Assembly (NCBI GenBank): GCA_051252375.1
Contig: JBPOFY010000012.1
Coordinates: forward strand, 1-64,000
DNA length: 64,000 bases
Source of the DNA: Opitutaceae bacterium
GTDB lineage: Bacteria; Verrucomicrobiota; Verrucomicrobiia; Opitutales; Coraliomargaritaceae
Reading direction: 5' to 3'
Positions 1 through 9,074 of this stretch are shown here, in pieces (the first letter of the stretch is position 1; every line of letters begins with the position of its first letter). Below the pieces are notes generated by a model. The model ran no database searches. It saw nothing but the letters and a program-made list of their open reading frames with translations, and had not been told where the DNA came from. Both the position numbers and the translations under genes were made by a program.

Positions 1-683
<683 letters not shown>

Positions 684-703
684 AGCTGGTAAAGTCGTAA
701 AGC

Positions 704-744
704 GGGAACATTGAACGTCGAACGTCGAACGTCCAACATCGAAT
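704..744. repeat. Solo heptamer array, (G/C)AACGTC family
   Basis: GGGAACATTGAACGTCGAACGTCGAACGTCCAACATCGAAT; same family as arms at 35846, 36737, 37781, 58593. Confidence 0.85.
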
Positions 745-811
745 TATGGAAAAATGACTTTGACGGACCTAATGGGTGCCCTTTGGGGGGCTGAGGAATC
801 GTCCGAAAGGC

Positions 812-1253
812 GGGGTAGGATGAGATTTTAGGGGCGATTGATCGGTCTGACTCCTACACCCCGGGGCTGAGCTTGTCGAAGTCTACTCTTAATCGTAATA
901 TTGTTTCTGGGAGGACGGGCTGCTCAAGCGTGTTTTAGGCAAAATAATTGGGGGCAAAATCATTCGACTCTGATGGGTGGATGGTGAGCTGACTTTGGAC
1001 TTTGCAGGATGGGGTTTAACCACGAAGGACACGAAAGGCACGAAGCTGGGGTTAAGGGGAGGGGATTTTTAAGACAGAATAATTTGGGGCAGAATAATTC
1101 TGTTCGGACGGGGTGGATGAGTGGATGGTTTGTGGGGAGAGAATTTGTAGATGGGGATTTTGACAGAATCATTTTTTGCTTTGGATCGGATGTTGAATGG
1201 GAGGGATTTTTGGGAGTGGCTCTGCGGCGCTTTGTTTTTTTAATGATTCTGTC
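812..1253. repeat. Cluster of degenerate short repeats of several families
   Basis: GGGGTAGGA...TCCTACACCCC (812-862); CTGAGCTTGTCGAAG (867-881); TACTCTTAATCGTAAT (884-899); GGCAAAAT(A/C)ATT x2 (938-964); 9-mer CACGAA array (1018-1045); CAGAATAATT x2 (1067-1099); perfect 12-bp inverted repeat GACAGAATCATT (1162-1173 / 1242-1253). Confidence 0.7.
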
Positions 1254-1338
1254 TTGTTCTTAGGTTGGATGTAGAGGATTTGGTTCTTTTACGGATTTTT
1301 GGAGTCGATTTTGTATGTGGGGGAGACAGTGTTTTGTT

Positions 1339-2088
1339 ATGAACTACATCCCTAAAGTGATTGCTCATCGGGGAGCGTCTTCGTTGGCTCCGGAAAACAC
1401 TATGGCGGCGTTTGATTTAGCCTGGTTGGAAGGTGCGGATGGGGTGGAGTGTGATGTGCGGCTGACCTCGGATTGTCAGGTGGTTTGCATGCATGATTCG
1501 GACACTGGGCGCGTCGCTGGTGATTTGCTGGTGGTGGAGAGTCAAACCTATGAAGCGCTGAGCGCGCTGGATGTGGGCGCTTGGAAGGGGGATGCATATC
1601 GGGGGACGAAGATTCCGCTGCTGAGTGATTTGTTGGCTAAGATGCCCCCTGGCAAAAAGCTTTTGGTCGAATTGAAGACGGGGGAGGAGATATTGACGCC
1701 TTTGTTTGATGTGATTGATGCTGCGAAGATCGAACTGAAGCAGTTGGCGATCATTGTTTTTGATACTGAAATGGTGAAGGCGTTGAAGACGCGGCGCCCG
1801 GAACTGAATGTTTATTGGTTGATCGATGTGACCTCGAACTGGCTGGGTCGCTCGAAACTGAAGTTGGCGGATGTGCTGGATACCGTGATCGACACGAATG
1901 TGGATGGTCTCGGGTTGCGTTGTCATTCGGGGATTAATCGCGAAATGGTGAAGGCGATCCTCGAGGCGGATGTGGATCTAAATATCTGGACGGTTGATGA
2001 TGCTTCGGATGCGCGGCGCTACGCCTCGTTCGGAGTGACTTCGATTTCGACGAATTGTCCGCGAGCAATGCTCGACGCGATGCGTTGA
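1339..2088 (+). CDS. Glycerophosphodiester phosphodiesterase (GDPD/UgpQ family)
   Basis: IAHRGASSLAPENT, VECDVRLTSD, MHD, VELK, WTVD motifs; start set at ATG 1339. Confidence 0.9.
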   Translation: MNYIPKVIAHRGASSLAPENTMAAFDLAWLEGADGVECDVRLTSDCQVVCMHDSDTGRVAGDLLVVESQTYEALSALDVGAWKGDAYRGTKIPLLSDLLAKMPPGKKLLVELKTGEEILTPLFDVIDAAKIELKQLAIIVFDTEMVKALKTRRPELNVYWLIDVTSNWLGRSKLKLADVLDTVIDTNVDGLGLRCHSGINREMVKAILEADVDLNIWTVDDASDARRYASFGVTSISTNCPRAMLDAMR

Positions 2089-2196
2089 ATTTGAACTGGC
2101 ATTCGCGGCGGTCGGCACGATGCTTTAGCAATACCCGTTAAGGGGATCGACCCTGCGATTGTGGTAGGGCAGTTATCAAATTTATACTGAAATATT

Positions 2197-3231
2197 ATGA
2201 GTGAAGTAAAACCGGTGAAGTGGGGCATATTGGCCTGTGGTGGTATCGCGAAAGCATTTGCGAAAGCAGTGAATCAGACTGAGTGCAGTGTGTTGCACGC
2301 GGTGGCCGCGCGTGATGCGGATCGTGCGCAGGCGTTTGGAGCCGAATTTGGTGCGACTCGTGCCTATGGTAGCTATGAGGCTCTGTTGGCGGATCCGGAA
2401 GTGGATGCGGTTTATATCGCGACGCTACACCCTTTCCACTTGGAGTGGATGCTGCATGCCTTCCAAGCGGGTAAGCATGTGCTTTGTGAAAAACCGATTA
2501 CGATGAATTTGCGTGAAGCGAAGCGTGCGCAAGCTATGGCGAAGGACAAACGTTGCCTGCTGCGTGAGGCGTTCATGTATCGCCACCATCCGCAGACGCA
2601 GAAAGTGGCTGATTTGGTGAAGTCGGGGGTGATCGGTAAGGTCCGTATGATCGAGGCTAATTTTTGCTATAACTCGGGTGTGAATCCGGAATCGCGTTTA
2701 CAAGCGAAGGAGCTCGGTGGTGGTGGGATTCTGGATGTCGGTTGCTACTCCATGTCGTTTTGCCGACTGGTGGCGGGCCGTGATCAGGATCGTCTATTTT
2801 CAGAGCCGCTTGAATTGAAGGCGGTGGGTTATCTCGACCCGCAACTGAAGACCGACATGTGGACTACGGCAGTGATGCGCTTTGAAGGCGATATCATCGG
2901 AAAGGCGACTGCGGGCTTACGAGTCAACGCCGATAAGGTCGGTGTCGTGTATGGCGACAAGGGCCGCATCATCGTAAAGGATCCGTGGCATTGCGAAGGC
3001 GAGATCCGCGTGGAGCTGGATGGCGGTGGAGAGCCGGAGGTGTTTCCTGCGGATACATCTCGCTCGTTGTTCGTTTACGAAATTGAGTCTTTTGTCGGTG
3101 AGATGCGCGGTCAACCGATCGGTGAGAGTGAAGTAGCGATGCGCTACGATGATACGCTCGGCAACATGAAGGCACTCGATTGGTGGCGCTCAGAAATCGC
3201 CCTGAGTTACGAGGCGGATCGATTGGTGTAG
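2197..3231 (+). CDS. Gfo/Idh/MocA family oxidoreductase
   Basis: WGILACGGIA Rossmann motif, GKHVLCEKP, GGGGILDVGCY. Confidence 0.92.
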   Translation: MSEVKPVKWGILACGGIAKAFAKAVNQTECSVLHAVAARDADRAQAFGAEFGATRAYGSYEALLADPEVDAVYIATLHPFHLEWMLHAFQAGKHVLCEKPITMNLREAKRAQAMAKDKRCLLREAFMYRHHPQTQKVADLVKSGVIGKVRMIEANFCYNSGVNPESRLQAKELGGGGILDVGCYSMSFCRLVAGRDQDRLFSEPLELKAVGYLDPQLKTDMWTTAVMRFEGDIIGKATAGLRVNADKVGVVYGDKGRIIVKDPWHCEGEIRVELDGGGEPEVFPADTSRSLFVYEIESFVGEMRGQPIGESEVAMRYDDTLGNMKALDWWRSEIALSYEADRLV

Positions 3232-3236
3232 TAGGA

Positions 3237-3277
3237 CTGAGAGCTGAGGGCGGAGACTTGAGGGCTGAGGGCGGAGG
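3237..3277. repeat. Heptamer array (CTGAGGG type) between convergent genes
   Basis: GCTGAGGGCGGAG repeated at 3243 and 3264 (21-nt period). Confidence 0.7.
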
Positions 3278-3287
3278 CTGGCTTCGT

Positions 3288-6200
3288 CTACTCGAATAAG
3301 ACCGCAGATATTTGGACGAAGAATGTTCGTGGCGAGTCCGTCTGTGGGTAGAGCCGTAGGGTGACCTCTTCGTTGTCGTCATCGATCGATTCGGCGCCGA
3401 TCTCTTCGCTATAGACCAAGTCCGTATCATCGCCATTGAAATTCCATGTGACTAAGTCCGTCGAGAGAAGCGCTCGATAGGTGACGTCTAGGGCATTTTT
3501 TGGACGAGTAAAAGAAACGAAAAATTGGAATTCTCCGTCGACCTTTTCTTTGCCGACTTTGATCTTATACTTCTTCGAGGCATCGCGTGGATCTGTTCCA
3601 AATGCGTATTCTGCTGCGTTTGTGATCGAGTCGCGGTCAGGGTCTGCGTCGAATGCGCTAATGCTTAGGTCGGCAAGTTCCTCAATGGTGAAGTGTTCGA
3701 GTCTCCAGGTGCTGAAGTAGTCGGGTGCAGTTGAGAAGCGAGCAATTTGTGTCGTGCTCGACCTGACCTCTACGTTGATCGTTTGGTCATGCCCAGAGAT
3801 CGGACCAATCCAACGGATGAAGAATGCGCCGGCATCCTCGGTTGCTGTCAGTTCGACGTTTTCTCCATACGAGTAATATTGTTTGTCTGGATTCGCGGTG
3901 ACAGAGCCAGGACCTTCGATTTGGATGGTGAGTTCGTAGCCCACAGTGAAGGTATCTAATCCATAGGAAGGCTTAATCGATGTCAGCTCTTCGCCGATGT
4001 CGCCAATAGTAGGATAATATATAACCTTTGGAATTGAGCCAATTATTACTGTTTCCGGGCTGTAGAAGAGTTTGGCGCTCATGCTGTATGGTGCGCCGCT
4101 AAAGTCGATGACTGCTCCGTCTTCAGCCACGATCGTTTCTAAGAAATAAGAATCGGTGACTTCAAGGACGCCGCCGGTTTCGACAATGACGAATCTTCCA
4201 ACGTTGTCACTGGAGACGATGGATCCTGCACTGACCACTACGGGAGCAACTAAGGCTCCAATCGTAGTTCCTGCGCTGCTTTCGACGATGAGATGGTAGT
4301 CGCGGGTTTCACGGCTCACATCAGGCATGATGACTTCCAAAGTATTTGCATTCAGTGGATTGACTGTGGTCGGATGCTCGAAGCTAGCATCGACCCAGAT
4401 CATGCGCGCAGCCGTTGCATCAGCGAGGTTGGTGCCAGTGAGTGTGATCGTCTCTCCCTCGGGAAGGATATGCCGATCTGCGCTGGTGAGTTGTGGTATT
4501 TGGTCGTAGCCGTCCTTGCGGACGATTGGGATGACGCGTTTATTGCCATCCATTGTAACAGTGGTGCTCGGCGTGGAGTCACTGGCATCGCCACCCCAGC
4601 CAAGGAATGTGTAGCCACTCTCTACGCTTGCTGTGAGTGTGACGCTCTCACCATCCGAATAGACTGCTGTGTCTGGGCTAACGTTCACAGATACGCCTGG
4701 GATGTCGTAAATCGAAAGTAACCAGCCTGTGGAGAATGTCGCCGTTAGATTGATCGGATCTTGCCCGAATCTGACTCGCAGGTTGCTTGAAGATGACGCT
4801 TCGTCGCCACTCCAACCTGAAAATGTGCTATTACTTCCAGGGATGGCAGTTAGATCAACATTCGTATTTGCTCGATAGTATTGCTGGTCAGGTGATGCCG
4901 ATACCGTGCCGTCACCAACAATTGTTAAGTTGATCGGATATCCGACCATAAAGGTCTCCAAGCCGTAGGAATATTTAACGGATGGGACTTCTTCGGCGAT
5001 GGAAACGTTAAGGAAGTTTTTCGGAGTCGTGCCTATGATCACTGTCTCTGGGCTGTGCAAAAGAACCGTATTCATATTTGAGGAAACACTCGTGAAGTCG
5101 ATGACTGCGCCGTCCTGTGCAACTATAGTGGATAGCAAATAATTTAGGGAGACTTCAAACACGCCACCTGTTTCTACTATGATCGTTTCGTAGCTGGTTA
5201 AACCGGATAGTATGGCTCCGGCTCTCACAACAACGGTGCCCCGAGCGTTATTATCGGCTAAGGGACCGATCGTCGTGTGTTCATCATATCCCTCGGGGAT
5301 ACCTATGGTCGAACCGGCATCGGATTCTGCGAATAAGTGGTAATTGCGCGTTTCTTGAGTCACATTAGGCATGCGAACATCTAGCGTGTTGGCATCCTGT
5401 GGAGTGGCTACGGCCGAGAATTGCTGACCAGTGGAGGTCCAGATCATACGTGCGGCTGTTATACCAGCCAGATCGGTGCCGGTCAGTGTGATTGTGTCAT
5501 ACTCGGGAAGCATATGCAGATTCGCGCTGTTTAGCTGTGGTAACTGATCATAGCCGTCTTTGCGGACGATGGGGATGATGCGCTTGTTCGCATCCATCGT
5601 AACAGTTGTGCTCAGTGTGGAGCCATTGGCATCGCCACCCCAGCCGATGAAAGTGTAGCCGCTGTCAACGCTTGCTGTAAGGGGCACAGTCTGGCCGTCT
5701 GTGTAAACTGGTATATCCGGACTAGCGTATACGGAAACGCCTGGGATATCGTAAATCGAAAGTAGCCAGCCAGGTGAGAATGTCACAGTCAGGTTTAGTG
5801 CGCTACTCTCGACTCTGACCTCGATGCTTGTAGATGATGACACTTTGTCGCCGCTCCAGCCTGAGAAAGTGCTGTTGACTCCGGGGTTTGCAGTTAGGTC
5901 GACGTCAGTATTCACGCGATAATACTGCTGGTCGGGTGATGCTGTAGTCGTGCCGACACCAACGATTGTGACATTGATTGGGTATCCTACGGCGAAAGTT
6001 TCTAAGCCATAGGATACACTGATGGGTGTGAGTTCTTCGGCTATGGAATTGCTGAACAAGTCAGTAGGCGGGGTGCCGAGAATTACAGTATCCGGGCTAT
6101 GCAAAAAAATCGTCGAATGCATCGTCGAGGGGGCGGACTCAAAGTCGATGACTGCACCGTCTTCTGCTATGATTGTTCTTAGTTGGCTAGTGCTCGCGAC

Positions 6201-6668
6201 CTCAAGGACGCCACCAGTCTCTACAATGACCATTTGGTAGAAGTGATCTCCGGATAGAACAGCACCTGCTCGAACGACTAATGTCCCGAAGGCGAATGGG
6301 TTGGTGATGGCTCCGGTGCCAGTGTGCTCATCATAACCTGCTGGTAATCCGATTGTAGAACCTGAGCTTGTTTCAACGAGTAGGTGATGGTCGCGGATGT
6401 CCTGGTGGACGGTAGGCATGACGACTTCCAGTGTGTTGGCATCTAGCGGAGTGGCAGTCGTCGGAAATTGCATGCCCGCGGCACTCCAAATCATGCGCGC
6501 AGCCGTCGCATCCGCAAGTCCGGTGCCTGTGACGGTAATCGTCTCACCTTCGGGAAGAACGTGCAGATCTGCACTGCTCAAGGTGGCTTCGGCCGATGCG
6601 AAGTTACCGTAAGTGATGCAGGCGATTAGGAGTAAAAGCCCTCTTGGGAGAGAGAAAAGTGTTCTCAT
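3288..6668 (-). CDS. Large secreted/surface protein with three ~348-aa repeats, InlB B-repeat (Flg_new)-like domains and a verrucomicrobial-type C-terminal domain
   Basis: Signal peptide; repeat starts LSSADLHVLPE / LNSANLHMLPE / LTSADRHILPE about 1047 and 1044 nt apart; LTA...GYTFxGWGGD motifs; C-terminal DADPDRDSITNAAEYAFGTDP and STDLVTW. Confidence 0.8.
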   Translation of the reverse strand: MRTLFSLPRGLLLLIACITYGNFASAEATLSSADLHVLPEGETITVTGTGLADATAARMIWSAAGMQFPTTATPLDANTLEVVMPTVHQDIRDHHLLVETSSGSTIGLPAGYDEHTGTGAITNPFAFGTLVVRAGAVLSGDHFYQMVIVETGGVLEVASTSQLRTIIAEDGAVIDFESAPSTMHSTIFLHSPDTVILGTPPTDLFSNSIAEELTPISVSYGLETFAVGYPINVTIVGVGTTTASPDQQYYRVNTDVDLTANPGVNSTFSGWSGDKVSSSTSIEVRVESSALNLTVTFSPGWLLSIYDIPGVSVYASPDIPVYTDGQTVPLTASVDSGYTFIGWGGDANGSTLSTTVTMDANKRIIPIVRKDGYDQLPQLNSANLHMLPEYDTITLTGTDLAGITAARMIWTSTGQQFSAVATPQDANTLDVRMPNVTQETRNYHLFAESDAGSTIGIPEGYDEHTTIGPLADNNARGTVVVRAGAILSGLTSYETIIVETGGVFEVSLNYLLSTIVAQDGAVIDFTSVSSNMNTVLLHSPETVIIGTTPKNFLNVSIAEEVPSVKYSYGLETFMVGYPINLTIVGDGTVSASPDQQYYRANTNVDLTAIPGSNSTFSGWSGDEASSSSNLRVRFGQDPINLTATFSTGWLLSIYDIPGVSVNVSPDTAVYSDGESVTLTASVESGYTFLGWGGDASDSTPSTTVTMDGNKRVIPIVRKDGYDQIPQLTSADRHILPEGETITLTGTNLADATAARMIWVDASFEHPTTVNPLNANTLEVIMPDVSRETRDYHLIVESSAGTTIGALVAPVVVSAGSIVSSDNVGRFVIVETGGVLEVTDSYFLETIVAEDGAVIDFSGAPYSMSAKLFYSPETVIIGSIPKVIYYPTIGDIGEELTSIKPSYGLDTFTVGYELTIQIEGPGSVTANPDKQYYSYGENVELTATEDAGAFFIRWIGPISGHDQTINVEVRSSTTQIARFSTAPDYFSTWRLEHFTIEELADLSISAFDADPDRDSITNAAEYAFGTDPRDASKKYKIKVGKEKVDGEFQFFVSFTRPKNALDVTYRALLSTDLVTWNFNGDDTDLVYSEEIGAESIDDDNEEVTLRLYPQTDSPRTFFVQISAVLFE

Positions 6669-6791
6669 AGTGATGCGACGCAGTTTGCAGGTGTCGGGGA
6701 ATTACCTTGTAAGCGTTACACCAATGCCGAGCGATAATAAAATCGCCATCTCTCTTATCTTTAAGGTGTTTGTCGCCTCAAATTAGAAGCC

Positions 6792-7769
6792 CTACTTGTA
6801 GATGATTGTGAGCTCCGGATTGGCGGCTTGTAGTTTTTCGACGCCTGCTTTGGTCACTTTTGTGCTGCCGAGGAATACTTTCTTGAGGCTCTTGCATGCT
6901 ATCAGTGCTGCGATGCCTTCGTCGCTGATCTTCGTGGAATAGAGGTTCAGGTAATTGAGTTTTGGCAAGTCGCTGAGTGACTTCAGATCTTCGTTGCTGA
7001 CGTTGCTGTAGTCGAGGTGCAGGCGCTCAAGATTCTTATATTGAGAAATATTTTTATAGAAAGATTCACTCAGTTCAAGGTGGCTGCAGTCGATCCAGGC
7101 GAGGCGGTCGCCTAAGTCTTTCAACCCTGTTATGGCTTCTTTGAGTTTGTCTTTGTCGGCGACGCTTAGGTCGACTCGCACGGAGTTGTCGCCCCAAGCA
7201 TTGTATTCGGCCTTGGCTCTGGTTTCGTTGATTGCGTCGATGAGCGCATTGGTGGCGTCGTCGCCAATTTCAACATAGGTAGTGGGGAGACCGCTACGCA
7301 CTTCTTCGTCGGTCCAAATCGCGCCCGCTGCGATCCAGTCTTTCACGGCTTTGATTTCTTCTTCCTTTAGTCGCGCTTTTTTCGGCGGTGGCATCACATC
7401 GTCATGCTCAATGGGCAGTGTAATGCGTTTGAAGAGTTCGCTTTGGTCGGGTTTGCCTGGGACGAGTGGGAGTTCTTCGCTCTCGCCGGGCGTGTAGATC
7501 GTGCCTTTTTTATCGAGTCGATAGTCGCCCTTTTGTTTGGTGGCACCGTGGCACTCGAAGCAGTAGCTGTTCAGCACTGAGTGGGCGGCGTCGAAGAGCT
7601 CGACGTTTTGGGCGTCGCCGCCCTGCATGCTGTCCATCATTTCGCCCATCATGGGCTCCATTTGCATCTCCTCGCCCATCATCTCTTCTTCGGCGGCGAG
7701 GGGAAGGAAGCTACCGACAAGGCACAGACCGCTGCAGAGCGATCTAAGGAAAAGCGAAGGGTGGTGCAT
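6792..7769 (-). CDS. Planctomycete-type cytochrome c domain + leucine-rich repeat protein
   Basis: CFECHG heme motif, KGDYRLD, PGKPDQSEL...MPP...WIAAGA; C-terminal LRRs (LERLHLDYSNVS, LNYLNLYSTKIS). Confidence 0.85.
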   Translation of the reverse strand: MHHPSLFLRSLCSGLCLVGSFLPLAAEEEMMGEEMQMEPMMGEMMDSMQGGDAQNVELFDAAHSVLNSYCFECHGATKQKGDYRLDKKGTIYTPGESEELPLVPGKPDQSELFKRITLPIEHDDVMPPPKKARLKEEEIKAVKDWIAAGAIWTDEEVRSGLPTTYVEIGDDATNALIDAINETRAKAEYNAWGDNSVRVDLSVADKDKLKEAITGLKDLGDRLAWIDCSHLELSESFYKNISQYKNLERLHLDYSNVSNEDLKSLSDLPKLNYLNLYSTKISDEGIAALIACKSLKKVFLGSTKVTKAGVEKLQAANPELTIIYK

Positions 7770-7771
7770 AT

Positions 7772-9055
7772 TTAAAACAGTGCTGTTATGGGTTGCCCCT
7801 TGTGTGCGACTTGGAATGGGCGACCGCTTGGTGAATAAACCACCTTGTCGGTTGGCAGACCGAGTGAATAGGCAATGGTCGCGTTGAAGTCGGGGACGGT
7901 GACCGGGTTTTCGGCCACGGAGTGTGCGCTCTCGTCGGAGGCGCCGTAAACTTGTCCACCTTGGATGCCACCGCCAGCCAGCACGCAGCTGAATACTTTC
8001 GGGTGGTGGTCGCGGCCCGCGTTTTGATTGATCTTGGGCGTGCGGCCAAACTCTGTGCCGATGACGACGAGGGTTTCATCGAGTAAGCCGCGATAGTGTA
8101 GGTCGTCGAGTAGGGCGGAGACTGATTGGTCGAGCGGGTTGCACAGGTTGGCGACTTGGTCGTGGTTGTCGTTGTGTGTGTCCCAACCGCCGTGAGTGAC
8201 TTCGACGAAACGGACACCTTGCTCGACGAGACGTCGGGCGAGGAGGCAGCCTTTGCCAAATTTGGTATCTCCGTATCGCGAGCGAACGGATTGTGGCTCT
8301 TTGTTTAAATTAAATGCCTCGAGGTCTTGGCTGCTCATGAGGCGAATCGCCTCATCGTAAACATCGTGGTAGGCTTTCACCTTCTTGGCTGGATACTTTT
8401 CGTGAAAGCTGAGGTCCATCATCTGCGCAATTGCGAGGCGTTCCTGTAGCTCGATCTCACTGATGCTGGCGTGGCGCTTTACGTAAGGAAGCCCTTTGTC
8501 TGGGTCGCCGAGGTGGAGGGGTTCGTATTTGGAATCGAAGAAGCCGGCGCCACCGGTTGCATTATTACTGCCGCCGATACGGATGTTGCCGGGCAGCGTG
8601 GAATTGGTCTTGCCCGACATAGTGTTGAGCCATGCGCCGAGACCAGGGTGCTTGATGGTGCCACGTTGTTCGTAGCTGGTGTGCATGAAATAGTTGCCTT
8701 GCTCGTGTGCGCCTTGATTGGACGTCATCGAGCGGATGATCGCCATCTTATCCATGCGCTTGGCGAGGCTCGGTAAGTATTCGGAAATGCGGATGCCGCC
8801 TACGTTGGTGTTGATGGCCGAAACGGGACCCTGTTGCTCCCAGTCGGGCTTCGGGTCGAAGGTTTCGAGCTGGCTCATGCCACCGCCGAGATAAATGTAA
8901 ATGACGCTCTTTGCAGTCGGTCGCCCAATGATTTGAGAGCCCCAGAGATTGTTACTGGTCGACGCAAGGCCCACGCCGAGCATGGCCTTGGCGGTATATT
9001 GAATGAACTTCCGGCGGGAGAGTTCATCCATTTTGTTGAGTTCATTATTAAACAT
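7772..9055 (-). CDS. DUF1501 family protein (Tat signal)
   Basis: SRRKFI Tat motif; GGMSQLETFDPKP, CLLARRLVEQGVRFVEV, GWDTH, EFGRTPKIN, GRDHHP. Confidence 0.92.
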   Translation of the reverse strand: MFNNELNKMDELSRRKFIQYTAKAMLGVGLASTSNNLWGSQIIGRPTAKSVIYIYLGGGMSQLETFDPKPDWEQQGPVSAINTNVGGIRISEYLPSLAKRMDKMAIIRSMTSNQGAHEQGNYFMHTSYEQRGTIKHPGLGAWLNTMSGKTNSTLPGNIRIGGSNNATGGAGFFDSKYEPLHLGDPDKGLPYVKRHASISEIELQERLAIAQMMDLSFHEKYPAKKVKAYHDVYDEAIRLMSSQDLEAFNLNKEPQSVRSRYGDTKFGKGCLLARRLVEQGVRFVEVTHGGWDTHNDNHDQVANLCNPLDQSVSALLDDLHYRGLLDETLVVIGTEFGRTPKINQNAGRDHHPKVFSCVLAGGGIQGGQVYGASDESAHSVAENPVTVPDFNATIAYSLGLPTDKVVYSPSGRPFQVAHKGQPITALF

Positions 9056-9074
9056 GGTAGGCGGGGGTGGGTAG

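Noticed and set aside
684..1300. CRISPR array or small genes (ORFs 344-739, 960-1172, 1009-1263)
   Set aside because: No constant repeat with regular unique spacers and no cas genes; the ORFs are off-frame overlaps of purL or translations of repeats.
2089..2196. Small hairpins upstream of the Gfo/Idh/MocA gene as a riboswitch
   Set aside because: No recognisable riboswitch consensus; would need an Rfam search.
6708..6720. TGTAA-GCG-TTACA, LacI/cre-like palindrome upstream of the surface protein
   Set aside because: One base short of the 14-bp LacI-type spacing, single occurrence, no cognate regulator nearby.
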